IMG/VR virus record: IMGVR_UViG_3300033149_002577
DNA length: 62,207 nucleotides
Direction: 5' to 3' (one strand)
Source: a virus
The position numbers were made by a program, and so were the translations under genes. A model generated the notes under the pieces. It saw only the letters and a list, made by a program, of their open reading frames with translations. It was not told where the DNA came from and searched no databases. Positions 26,464 through 32,919 of this stretch are shown one piece after another. Each line of letters starts with the position of its first letter. The stretch's first letter is position 1.

Positions 26464-28539
26464 ATGGCCGATTATGATGTCAAAGCAAAACTAGAACTCG
26501 ACGCAAAGAAGCTCAAGAAGGAAGCCGCCAAGGCCGCCAAGGCCATCAAAAAGATCGAGTCTGAACTCGAACGAACGCGGAACAAGGGGCAAGCTGCATT
26601 GAACTCACTCGGCTCGGCCTTCAGCGGGCTCGGCCGAAGCATGCGAGGATCTCGGCTCGGTCTCGGTCGTATGGTCACCGGGCTCGTTGGTATCGGAGTC
26701 ACCTATTTCGGCATCCGAGCGGTTGGCGGTGCGATCCGGGACATCGCCGGGTACGCTGGAGAAGCCAACGCATCAGTCGAAAACCTCACGCTCTCTCTTG
26801 GTACGATCATGGCCGAGATCGAGGGGATTTCATTCGGCGAAGCTCAGACACAAGCTCACGGTCTTTACCGACAGATTCAGGACATCGCCATCGTGAGCCC
26901 AGGAACGGCCAAGGAGGTCGCCGACGTCTTCACTATGGCCTATGGACCCATGAGGCGAGCCGGTCAGTCGATGGACGACATCTTGAGACTCTCGCAGAAT
27001 GCTCTCAGTGTCGCCGCTGCTATGCGGATCGACCTACCGCAGGTCTCTCGAGACATTTCGATGATGGCGTCAGGTGTCGCGGGAACCGACGTCAAAACGT
27101 TCCGACTCCTGAAGTCGATGGGGATGATCACGAAGACCACCAAAGAATGGAACGAGATGGCGCTCGCTAATCCGACGGCCGCCGCTGCGGAGCTCACCAG
27201 GATCTTCGAGCAACTCGGTGGTCCGGCTGCTGAGGCTTTCGGGAATACGTGGGCCGGTGTCTCCTCGGCCTTCGGCGACCTCGTCCAAAATTTCGCGCGG
27301 ATCTTTGGAGGCGCTGCCTTCGAGCGCACCAAGGGAGCGCTCAAGTCGGTCAACGATTTCCTCCTGAAATACCGACGCAACCTTGAGAATGTGATGGAAT
27401 TCCTCGGCGAGAAGGTTGGCAACGTTTTCGGCCGAGTCTTCACGAAAATGGGCGAGGTATTTATCGGAATCACCAGCAACCTCGACGAGTTCGCCATCAA
27501 GATCGATACCGCGATCGCCAAGATCAAAGAGTTCCTCCCGGCCTTCAAAAAGATCGCGATTGGGATGGCTGCCGGGACGATAGGGATGAAAATTCTTGGG
27601 ACGGGCCTTTCTGTTATGGGTGCTGCTCTCATGGGGCTTTCCAGCCTTAGCGGACTTGGCGCACTTGGAATAGGAGCAGCCGGAGCCGGTGGAGCCGCTG
27701 CAACGGCCGTGGGTGGCGCTGGAGCCGTTGCTGGAGGCACGGGCATTGGTGCCGCTCTTGCCGCTGCCGGGGCGGCCCTCATGACCATAGTACCTATCGT
27801 GCTCGGCGTGGCCGGTGTGTTTACCGTTGTCGGGGCTTCTATTTATGCAATCTTCGACGACGCCAGCGAGGCAGTAATAGCGCTTTTCGAGCCGATATGG
27901 GGTGATCTCCAAGAGATCGGTTTGAATCTAATGGCTTTCTTCGGGTCAGTCTGGGAGCTTCTAGGCCCGATCTTCGGCATACTTGGCGCGGGCATCGTCA
28001 CACTTTCAGGAATAATTTTGCGTTTGTTGGTATCAGCCATTCGTGGTGCGAGCGAAACTTTGATGTGGTTTGGGGATGCGATCGAAATGGCCGCTGACGC
28101 CATCGGACCACCGCTTCAAATTGCCGCTGAACATATCGTTTTGTTTGGTAATGAGATTGCGAACTTCCTCGACGGGCCGTTCAGAACGTTCGCTCGTGTT
28201 TTTTCTTCGGTTGGTTTTACAGTGACACTCCCGAACTATGGAGCAGTAGAGAGGGCTCCAGACGGACCGGTTACAGGGTTGATTTCTGGTGTCCTTGATG
28301 AAGCACGCGCGGCCTTCGATGAGGTTCCTGAATCCCTTCGACCATCCGAAGAAGGAACCGGAGTAGCACCCCCCGGTCGCCCCGGAACCAACGTCGACAT
28401 GAGGGGCTCGAGAATCACCGTAAAACAGGAATTCAGAGAAGCCGATCCCGATCGAATTTGGATGCAATTTGTCGACGGGCTTTCGAGGGAGGCGGTGATT
28501 CGGACTCAGAGCGGTCTATTAAATCCACTCACCAGATGA
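26464..28539 (+). CDS. Tail tape measure protein
   Basis: 691-aa ORF after the chaperone pair. N-terminal coiled coil (KKLKKEAAKAAKAIKKIESELERTRNK) and Gly/Ala-rich hydrophobic segments. Confidence 0.7.
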   Translation: MADYDVKAKLELDAKKLKKEAAKAAKAIKKIESELERTRNKGQAALNSLGSAFSGLGRSMRGSRLGLGRMVTGLVGIGVTYFGIRAVGGAIRDIAGYAGEANASVENLTLSLGTIMAEIEGISFGEAQTQAHGLYRQIQDIAIVSPGTAKEVADVFTMAYGPMRRAGQSMDDILRLSQNALSVAAAMRIDLPQVSRDISMMASGVAGTDVKTFRLLKSMGMITKTTKEWNEMALANPTAAAAELTRIFEQLGGPAAEAFGNTWAGVSSAFGDLVQNFARIFGGAAFERTKGALKSVNDFLLKYRRNLENVMEFLGEKVGNVFGRVFTKMGEVFIGITSNLDEFAIKIDTAIAKIKEFLPAFKKIAIGMAAGTIGMKILGTGLSVMGAALMGLSSLSGLGALGIGAAGAGGAAATAVGGAGAVAGGTGIGAALAAAGAALMTIVPIVLGVAGVFTVVGASIYAIFDDASEAVIALFEPIWGDLQEIGLNLMAFFGSVWELLGPIFGILGAGIVTLSGIILRLLVSAIRGASETLMWFGDAIEMAADAIGPPLQIAAEHIVLFGNEIANFLDGPFRTFARVFSSVGFTVTLPNYGAVERAPDGPVTGLISGVLDEARAAFDEVPESLRPSEEGTGVAPPGRPGTNVDMRGSRITVKQEFREADPDRIWMQFVDGLSREAVIRTQSGLLNPLTR

Positions 28540-28545
28540 TAGCAA

Positions 28546-28574
28546 TTGTCCTCTTACGCGATAAATGATATATA
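28546..28574 (+). promoter_or_regulatory. Promoter TTGTCC-17-TATATA, 6 nt upstream of ATG 28581
   Basis: -35 at 28546-28551, a 17-nt spacer, -10 at 28569-28574, then CCAGTA and the ATG. No SD. Confidence 0.5.
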
Positions 28575-28580
28575 CCAGTA

Positions 28581-29249
28581 ATGACTATAAAACTAGAGAC
28601 TGGATTGGTTCTCGGGAAACTCACGATCACAGAAGACCTTCAGCGCAGAAGTCGCCATGGCGATAGGGTCTGGAGTGCAATCTGTGAATGCGGAATCATC
28701 ATAGAGGATACGGCATGCCACTTAAGAAAAAGAACATCATGTGGCTCACATATATGCAGAAAAATCAGAAGTGACACAAATGGCGGCTATGCACCAAACG
28801 ATGCAAGCAAGAGGATTCCTGAATATGGAATTTGGAGACTAATAAAACAGCGCTGTTGCAACAAAAACAATCCCGCGTTCGCTGATTATGGTGGTCGTGG
28901 GATATTCGTTTGTGATGAATGGATTCACAATTTCAAAGCTTTCATCGATGACATGGGAAGAAGACCAACGAAAGACCACCAAATAGAAAGAATCGATAAT
29001 TATGGACCGTATTCAAAACAAAACTGCAAATGGGCTACTCGTTTCGAGCAAGGATGTAACAAGCGAAATAATATATGGATGGAATGCAATGGAAAACGAC
29101 TGATTTTGGCCGAATGGTCAAGACAAACAGGGTTGCCTGAGAAAATGCTTCAGAATAGAAAGAGGGCTGGATGGTCTGATAATCGAGCATTGACTACGAT
29201 ACCAAAATCTGATCATCGTCGAAAAAAAATCATTTTGAATTTGCCGTAA
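28581..29249 (+). CDS. Free-standing homing-endonuclease-like / AP2-type DNA-binding protein
   Basis: Motif YGIWRLIKQRCCNKNNPAFADYGGRGIFVCDEW..F..FIDDMGRRP...IERIDNYGPYSKQNCKWATRFEQ.CNKRNN recurs in phage HNH/AP2-associated genes. The gene is visibly AT-richer than its neighbours. Confidence 0.5.
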   Translation: MTIKLETGLVLGKLTITEDLQRRSRHGDRVWSAICECGIIIEDTACHLRKRTSCGSHICRKIRSDTNGGYAPNDASKRIPEYGIWRLIKQRCCNKNNPAFADYGGRGIFVCDEWIHNFKAFIDDMGRRPTKDHQIERIDNYGPYSKQNCKWATRFEQGCNKRNNIWMECNGKRLILAEWSRQTGLPEKMLQNRKRAGWSDNRALTTIPKSDHRRKKIILNLP

Positions 29250-29306
29250 TTCTTGTCTTTTCTAGTCTTGTCGAATCGGTCCCTGTAAGTTCATGTCTAG
29301 TCCTGC

Positions 29307-29344
29307 TTGGTGCCCTACGATCACGAAAGCAACCGCAGGGCTTC
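29307..29344 (-). ncRNA. Hairpin element A1 (13-bp stem, tetraloop)
   Basis: 29312-29324 pairs with 29329-29341 around GAAA (29325-29328). Four A-C/C-A positions become G-U wobbles in the minus sense. Confidence 0.65.
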
Positions 29345-29453
29345 TTTTCTCATCCCGTCGTGTCGAATCCTGTCGAGTCGCATCTTGTCCAGTCCCGTCT
29401 CGTCCCGTTAAATCGTGTCTGGTCCGGCCCCATCGCATCTCGTCTAATCATGC

Positions 29454-29488
29454 TTGGCACCCCACCGCAACGAAAGCCACGGGGCATC
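29454..29488 (-). ncRNA. Hairpin element A2 (degenerate copy)
   Basis: Same TTGGCAC...CGAAAG...GGGGC layout, but the lower stem is weaker. Confidence 0.45.
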
Positions 29489-29558
29489 GGGTCTTGTCTC
29501 GTCCAGTCACGTCGCGTCACGCCTGGTCTCGTCCGGTCTTGTCAGGTCCCGTCAAGCC

Positions 29559-29598
29559 TGGCACCCCTGAACCCCGAAAGAGGTCTAAGGGTATCGAG
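29559..29598 (-). ncRNA. Hairpin element A3
   Basis: 29563-29575 pairs with 29580-29592 around GAAA. Three C-A/A-C positions and one G-T position. Confidence 0.55.
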
Positions 29599-29670
29599 TC
29601 TTTTCTTGTCCCGTCTCATCACGTCGTGTCTCGTCCGGTCCCGTCACGTCCCGTCACGTCTCGTCAGGTA

Positions 29671-29708
29671 TTGGAGCCCAACCAAAGTTTCACGTTTGGC
29701 CGGGCCTC
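29671..29708 (-). ncRNA. Hairpin element A4 (type II loop)
   Basis: GCCC-aa-CCAAA ... TTTGG-cc-GGGC with loop GTTTCACG. The flanks TTGGAGCCC / GGGCCTCTTGTC are shared with type I. Confidence 0.55.
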
Positions 29709-29785
29709 TTGTCGCGTCTTGTCCGGTCTTGTCAGATCCTGTCACGTCTAATCAAGTCCGATCTCGGCTCGTCCGTTCATGTAAA

Positions 29786-30325
29786 TCATGAAAGTAGCAG
29801 CCACTCAGCGAGCAACCCTTTATCAGCGGACTCCCCCTTGTCCGCAAGTTTTTGAATCGTTTTCGGCTTCGACGCCGCTTGAATTAGATGTGCATGAACC
29901 GCCAGAGAATTCGCCCGTGATCGTTCACCGGTGGAGAGCTCGCTCATGTCAGCGCTTGCAACCACGACGCTCGCAGTCTTCGCCCTTCGGCCGGCCCTGC
30001 ATATCTCGGCCTCTGTCCTCTCAAGTCGCTCTCTGGCGTCGAGGCACTTGATACGGCCTTCTTTCCTAACCCGTTGCCAGAGCACTAGATGCTTCCTCAA
30101 AACGTGCTTGATGGCCGAGTTGAGCATTCCGTACCCCTGGCCGCTCGGGTCGACCTTTTGAAGATCCCCTGGCCAGTCCTCATCGACAATGAAGTCGCCA
30201 GGTGTCCCGACCTCGAGGACGCGGATAAACCGCGAAGTCTTCGGCCCGGAATTCCCGTAGACCGGGCCTTCGTAACCATCCTCTGAAATCTCATTTAGTC
30301 TTTCGACTACTTCCTCTTGGCTCAT
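29786..30325 (-). CDS. Orphan protein P179 (179 aa), embedded between arrays A and B
   Basis: ATG preceded by AGAAAGGAAAGAAA. Acidic N-terminal half and an Arg/Lys-rich helical C-terminal half (RKHLVLWQRVRKEGRIKCLDARERLERTEAEICRAGRRAK). No family recognised. Confidence 0.7.
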   Translation of the reverse strand: MSQEEVVERLNEISEDGYEGPVYGNSGPKTSRFIRVLEVGTPGDFIVDEDWPGDLQKVDPSGQGYGMLNSAIKHVLRKHLVLWQRVRKEGRIKCLDARERLERTEAEICRAGRRAKTASVVVASADMSELSTGERSRANSLAVHAHLIQAASKPKTIQKLADKGESADKGLLAEWLLLS

Positions 30326-30413
30326 TTTCTTTCCTTTCTAGGCAAATGATTTTCGTGTCGGGTCAGTTCTAATCGTGTCCTGTCAAGTCAGGTCTTGTCA
30401 TGTCGTGTCGCGT

Positions 30414-30451
30414 TTGGTGCTCCCTGCGACCGAAAGATCACGGGGAGCTTC
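30414..30451 (-). ncRNA. Hairpin element B1
   Basis: 30419-30431 pairs with 30436-30448 around GAAA. The stem sequence differs from B3 and C1 but pairing is retained (covariation). Confidence 0.65.
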
Positions 30452-30519
30452 TTGTCTCGCCGGGTCCGGTTTCGTCGTGTCGAATCATGTCGCATCGTGT
30501 CTCGTCGGGTCATGTCGAT

Positions 30520-30558
30520 TTCGGAGCCCGACCAAGTTTTCAAGCTTGACCGGGCCTC
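30520..30558 (-). ncRNA. Hairpin element B2 (type II loop)
   Basis: GCCCG-ac-CAAG ... CTTG-ac-CGGGC. There is a compensatory change relative to A4 (CCAAA/TTTGG versus CCAAG/CTTGa). Confidence 0.55.
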
Positions 30559-30632
30559 TTGTCTCGTCTTGTCGGGTCCGGTCTTGTCGCGTCTCGTCTC
30601 GTCCGGTCGCGTCTTGTCATGTCGCATCGTGC

Positions 30633-30670
30633 TTGGAGCCCACGGCCACCGAAAGGCAACCGTGGGCCTC
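30633..30670 (-). ncRNA. Hairpin element B3
   Basis: GCCCACGG (30638-30645) pairs with CCGTGGGC (30660-30667). The three inner C-A/C-A/A-C positions all become G-U in the minus sense, giving an uninterrupted 13-bp helix. Confidence 0.75.
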
Positions 30671-30749
30671 TTGTCTTGTCGTGTCTCGTCCTGTCGAGTC
30701 ACGTCTTGTCAAGTCCTGTCGCGCCGGGTCGTGCCGTGTCGCGTCCATG

Positions 30750-31376
30750 TTATTCAATGATCTCAAATTTAAAGTTCTCAACCCGGAAGATCCCATGATC
30801 GCCGCCATTGGTCCCGGGCCTATTACAGCCGATTCCGACTTGGTAGCCGGCAGTTTCCAGGGTTTCGCTGATCATCTCAGGGTGCTCGATGATATCGGCA
30901 TCGACGACCATGAACCCGATCGCGATATTCCACGGCGGATCGATCTCAGGGAAACATCGAGGCACCCTCTTTGAGCCGCCTCTTGTCCCGTCGCTTGGTA
31001 CGGAAATCGTTCGACCGATCACGTCATCGATATGAACCGGCTCAAGCTTCTTACTTTCATCGTTGATGGCGTAGACCAACGTTTCCGGCGCTGTCGGGTC
31101 GGTCATGATCCCGCTCTTGAATCGTGCGGTGAAAGTCGACCTGTTCTTACCGGGGACCTTGTCGTTTCGGAGCTTCGAGGCCTGCTCCATGCCGAGCTTG
31201 AAGGCGATCGGCGGAACCAAAACCAGGTCGTCTTTGTTGATGTGACACCGTTCTCGCCAGCACCTCTTATCCTGCGCCTCTGCCGATTCCTTTCCCTTTC
31301 GCGGGCTCTGAAACATGCGCCCGAATGTCAGTGTGGTTAGTCCGATAATGTCCGCGCTAAAGATTCCTCTTCTCAT
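30750..31376 (-). CDS. Orphan protein P208 (208 aa), embedded between arrays B and C
   Basis: ATG preceded by CGAAAGGAAAGAGCAAG. Coding-like composition. The C-terminal region contains VVDADIIEHPE and NGGDHGIFRV. No family recognised. Confidence 0.7.
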   Translation of the reverse strand: MRRGIFSADIIGLTTLTFGRMFQSPRKGKESAEAQDKRCWRERCHINKDDLVLVPPIAFKLGMEQASKLRNDKVPGKNRSTFTARFKSGIMTDPTAPETLVYAINDESKKLEPVHIDDVIGRTISVPSDGTRGGSKRVPRCFPEIDPPWNIAIGFMVVDADIIEHPEMISETLETAGYQVGIGCNRPGTNGGDHGIFRVENFKFEIIE

Positions 31377-31461
31377 CTTGCTCTTTCCTTTCGTTAGTTA
31401 AAAAACTTCAATTCGCGTCCTGTCAGATCCGGTGCCGTCCTGTCACGTCTAGTCGGGTCAG

Positions 31462-31500
31462 TTTGGAGCCCACAACCACCGAAAGATAGCTGTGGGCCTC
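31462..31500 (-). ncRNA. Hairpin element C1
   Basis: 31468-31480 pairs with 31485-31497 around GAAA. Three A-C/C-A positions become G-U in the minus sense. Confidence 0.75.
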
Positions 31501-31587
31501 GTGTCGTGTCGCGTCACGTCCGGTCGGTCCGAATCTGATCTTGTCAAGTCACGTCGGGTCCTGTCAGGTCCCGTCTGGTCCCGTCTG

Positions 31588-31627
31588 GTTTGGAGCCCTC
31601 GCCGACCGAAAGATCAGCGGAGGCCTC
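31588..31627 (-). ncRNA. Hairpin element C2
   Basis: 31595-31607 pairs with 31612-31624 around GAAA. Three C-A positions and one T-G position. Confidence 0.65.
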
Positions 31628-31723
31628 TTGTCTTGTCGTGTCTCGTCCTGTCTCGTCGTGTCTCGTCACGTCGATTCTTTCCAAAAATGGTGGCCCTCAG
31701 CGGTCAACTTCGAGGTTGTTGGC

Positions 31724-31788
31724 TGCGACACCGTCCCGCTTCGGACCATAAAAATGTTGTTTTGTCTCCTCTTAGTTTCCGGTGTCGC
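31724..31788 (-). promoter_or_regulatory. 9-bp inverted repeat at the predicted 5' end of the cassette transcript
   Basis: GCGACACCG (31724-31732) and CGGTGTCGC (31780-31788), separated by 47 nt, lie immediately downstream of the leftward -10. Confidence 0.4.
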
Positions 31789-31795
31789 AATTCTG

Positions 31796-31824
31796 ACTAT
31801 ACGCGTTGACGCGTACCGTAGCAA
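31796..31824 (-). promoter_or_regulatory. Leftward promoter of the cassette: TTGCTA-17-TATAGT with the perfect operator palindrome (31800-31815) in the spacer
   Basis: Minus-strand -35 is the reverse complement of 31819-31824. The -10 is the reverse complement of 31796-31801. The 16-bp TACGCGTTGACGCGTA occupies the spacer. Confidence 0.6.
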
Positions 31825-31836
31825 GCTTTTTTTTCG

Positions 31837-31848
31837 CTGTGATATCCT
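31837..31848 (+). promoter_or_regulatory. Extended -10 box CTGTGATATCCT, 6 nt upstream of ATG 31855
   Basis: The identical 12-mer with identical spacing occurs before terS (59424-59435). TGaTATCCT fits the TGnTATAAT class. No SD. Confidence 0.5.
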
Positions 31849-31854
31849 CCAACC

Positions 31855-32919
31855 ATGAGCGAACCTCTTTCCATCGTCGAAACCACAGGGTCCGAACGCG
31901 GCGTTGAGCTAAACAATAGAGCCCTTCCTTTTAAGGGCGTTTCCTTCGCGGGCGAACAGCGATCCGAGAAGACAAACTACCCCGGAAATCCAGTCTCAAC
32001 GCTTCAGGTCCTCGGACCAAATGAACTCCCGACTGAAATGCAGGGCCGATGGAAAGATCAATTTCTTTACGGGATGGTTACGCTCACAGGCTGGGATGCA
32101 ATCGTCTCCGATGGTGAGCACCCGTCGGCCGAGCAGCTCGTAAAAATCTTCCATATCCTTCGCCGATCCGGGAACCTGCTCGAGGTGCGGTGGGGGCCGG
32201 AGATTCGCCGTGGCATCCTGAAACGGTTCGATCCTATCTATGACCGTGTCGACGCTGTTCGCTGGAATATGACCTTCGAGTGGACCCAATTCGGGACCGC
32301 TCAAGCGAGCCAATTCACCGGCGTTCAGCCGACGGAATCGATGTCGGCCGAACTCGCTGCAACCCTCGCCGCGCTCAACGACCTCACCTCGGGCATGCCT
32401 CAGATTATGTACCCGACCTTCGCCGATGACCTGCTCGAGCTTCAAGGCCTGATCATGGTCGCCGCCATCGCCCTCATGGAAGCCAACGCGGAAGTTCAGG
32501 GCACCCCGGAGGTTACTCAAGATGAATTCCAAGGCGTCGCTTCAAGAGCGGCCGACGTCGTTGCAAGCTGCGAGGTCATGCGGCAAGCGTTGGACGTCCC
32601 TGGAACCGAACTCGTGCCTACTGACGACGTCTCAAGCGTGCTCGCTGGCAGCACCTGGTCGAAGGACACGATGAAAGCCCTCGTCGAACTCGCTGTGGCC
32701 GCTGTGAGGACTCGCGAAATGATCAGGAACAGAACGGTTTCAGAATACCTTGCCGACATTAGGCTAAGAGAGAGTCAAACACTCCGAGACGTCTCCAGAG
32801 AATACTACGGCGCCGCTGACGACTGGACGATCATTGCCAACGCTAACGGGCTCATCGGCAGCATCCACGACGCCGGAACCCGTATCCTTGTTCCTCGGCA
32901 ATCATGGAGCACCTCTTGA
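31855..32919 (+). CDS. Tail/baseplate protein with a C-terminal LysM domain (gpX / DNA-circulation-like position)
   Basis: C-terminus YYGAADDWTIIANANGLIGSIHDAGTRILVP fits LysM. First gene of the baseplate block. Confidence 0.55.
   Translation: MSEPLSIVETTGSERGVELNNRALPFKGVSFAGEQRSEKTNYPGNPVSTLQVLGPNELPTEMQGRWKDQFLYGMVTLTGWDAIVSDGEHPSAEQLVKIFHILRRSGNLLEVRWGPEIRRGILKRFDPIYDRVDAVRWNMTFEWTQFGTAQASQFTGVQPTESMSAELAATLAALNDLTSGMPQIMYPTFADDLLELQGLIMVAAIALMEANAEVQGTPEVTQDEFQGVASRAADVVASCEVMRQALDVPGTELVPTDDVSSVLAGSTWSKDTMKALVELAVAAVRTREMIRNRTVSEYLADIRLRESQTLRDVSREYYGAADDWTIIANANGLIGSIHDAGTRILVPRQSWSTS

Larger units (their letters stand above)
29250..29785 (-). repeat. Array A: four [hairpin + phased GTCNN tract] units (3' of the 179-aa gene in the minus sense)
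   Basis: Hairpins at 29307, 29454, 29559 and 29671 separate tracts with GTC every 5 nt. For example, 29491-29560 holds 14 units in register, two of them GCC variants. The + strand is A-poor. Confidence 0.9.
30326..30749 (-). repeat. Array B: three [hairpin + phased GTCNN tract] units between the two orphan genes
   Basis: 13 consecutive perfect GTCNN units at 30561-30625. 15 units in register at 30673-30747. Hairpins at 30414, 30520 and 30633. Confidence 0.92.
31377..31680 (-). repeat. Array C: two [hairpin + phased GTCNN tract] units in the 5' leader of the cassette transcript
   Basis: Hairpins at 31462 and 31588. Tracts at 31503-31529, 31543-31587 and 31630-31674 (9 units). The start of the tract after C2 is identical to the tract after B3 (CCTCTTGTCTTGTCGTGTCTCGTCCTGTC). 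Confidence 0.9.

Noticed and set aside
30750-31376. P208 as a truncated archaeo-eukaryotic primase (VVDAD as the DxD motif I, GGDHG as the sG.G.H motif II), which would fit the GTC primase-site idea.
   Set aside because: - The motif II spacing does not match the sGxGxH pattern.
- The protein ends about 12 residues later, so motif III is absent.
- The motifs sit at the extreme C-terminus.

I keep this only as something to test by structure prediction.
29307-31627. Hairpins interpreted as rho-independent terminators, sigma54 promoters (TTGGCAC-like 5' flank), lambda boxB/nut sites (the A1 stem GCCCT/AGGGC equals the lambda boxB stem), or a parS half-site (GTTTCACG in the A4 loop).
   Set aside because: - There is no U/T run after the stems on either strand.
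- The GG-N10-GC spacing of sigma54 promoters is not met.
- The boxB stem identity is limited to one copy, and the loop differs.
- The parS-like octamer is a half-site in one copy only.
- Nine copies in tandem do not fit any of these roles.
29250-31680. CRISPR array or phage-borne mini-array interpretation of the hairpin/tract units.
   Set aside because: - The repeats (hairpins) are divergent and show compensatory changes rather than being identical.
- The spacers are low-complexity phased pentamers of variable length.
- There are no cas genes or leader-like features.
29293-31858. Track ORFs inside the arrays:
- 29293-29751
- 29360-29791
- 30375-30974
- 30395-30760
- 30559-30798
- 31492-31809
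- 31541-31858
- 30388-30702 (minus strand)
- 30617-30808 (minus strand)

They would encode SRPV/SCRV-type or TRQD-type repetitive proteins.
   Set aside because: - The underlying repeat is 5 nt, which is not a multiple of 3.
- Several frames on both strands are open simultaneously, simply because GTCNN rarely creates stop codons.
- There are no RBSs or credible starts.
- The hairpin units would be translated in different frames in different copies.
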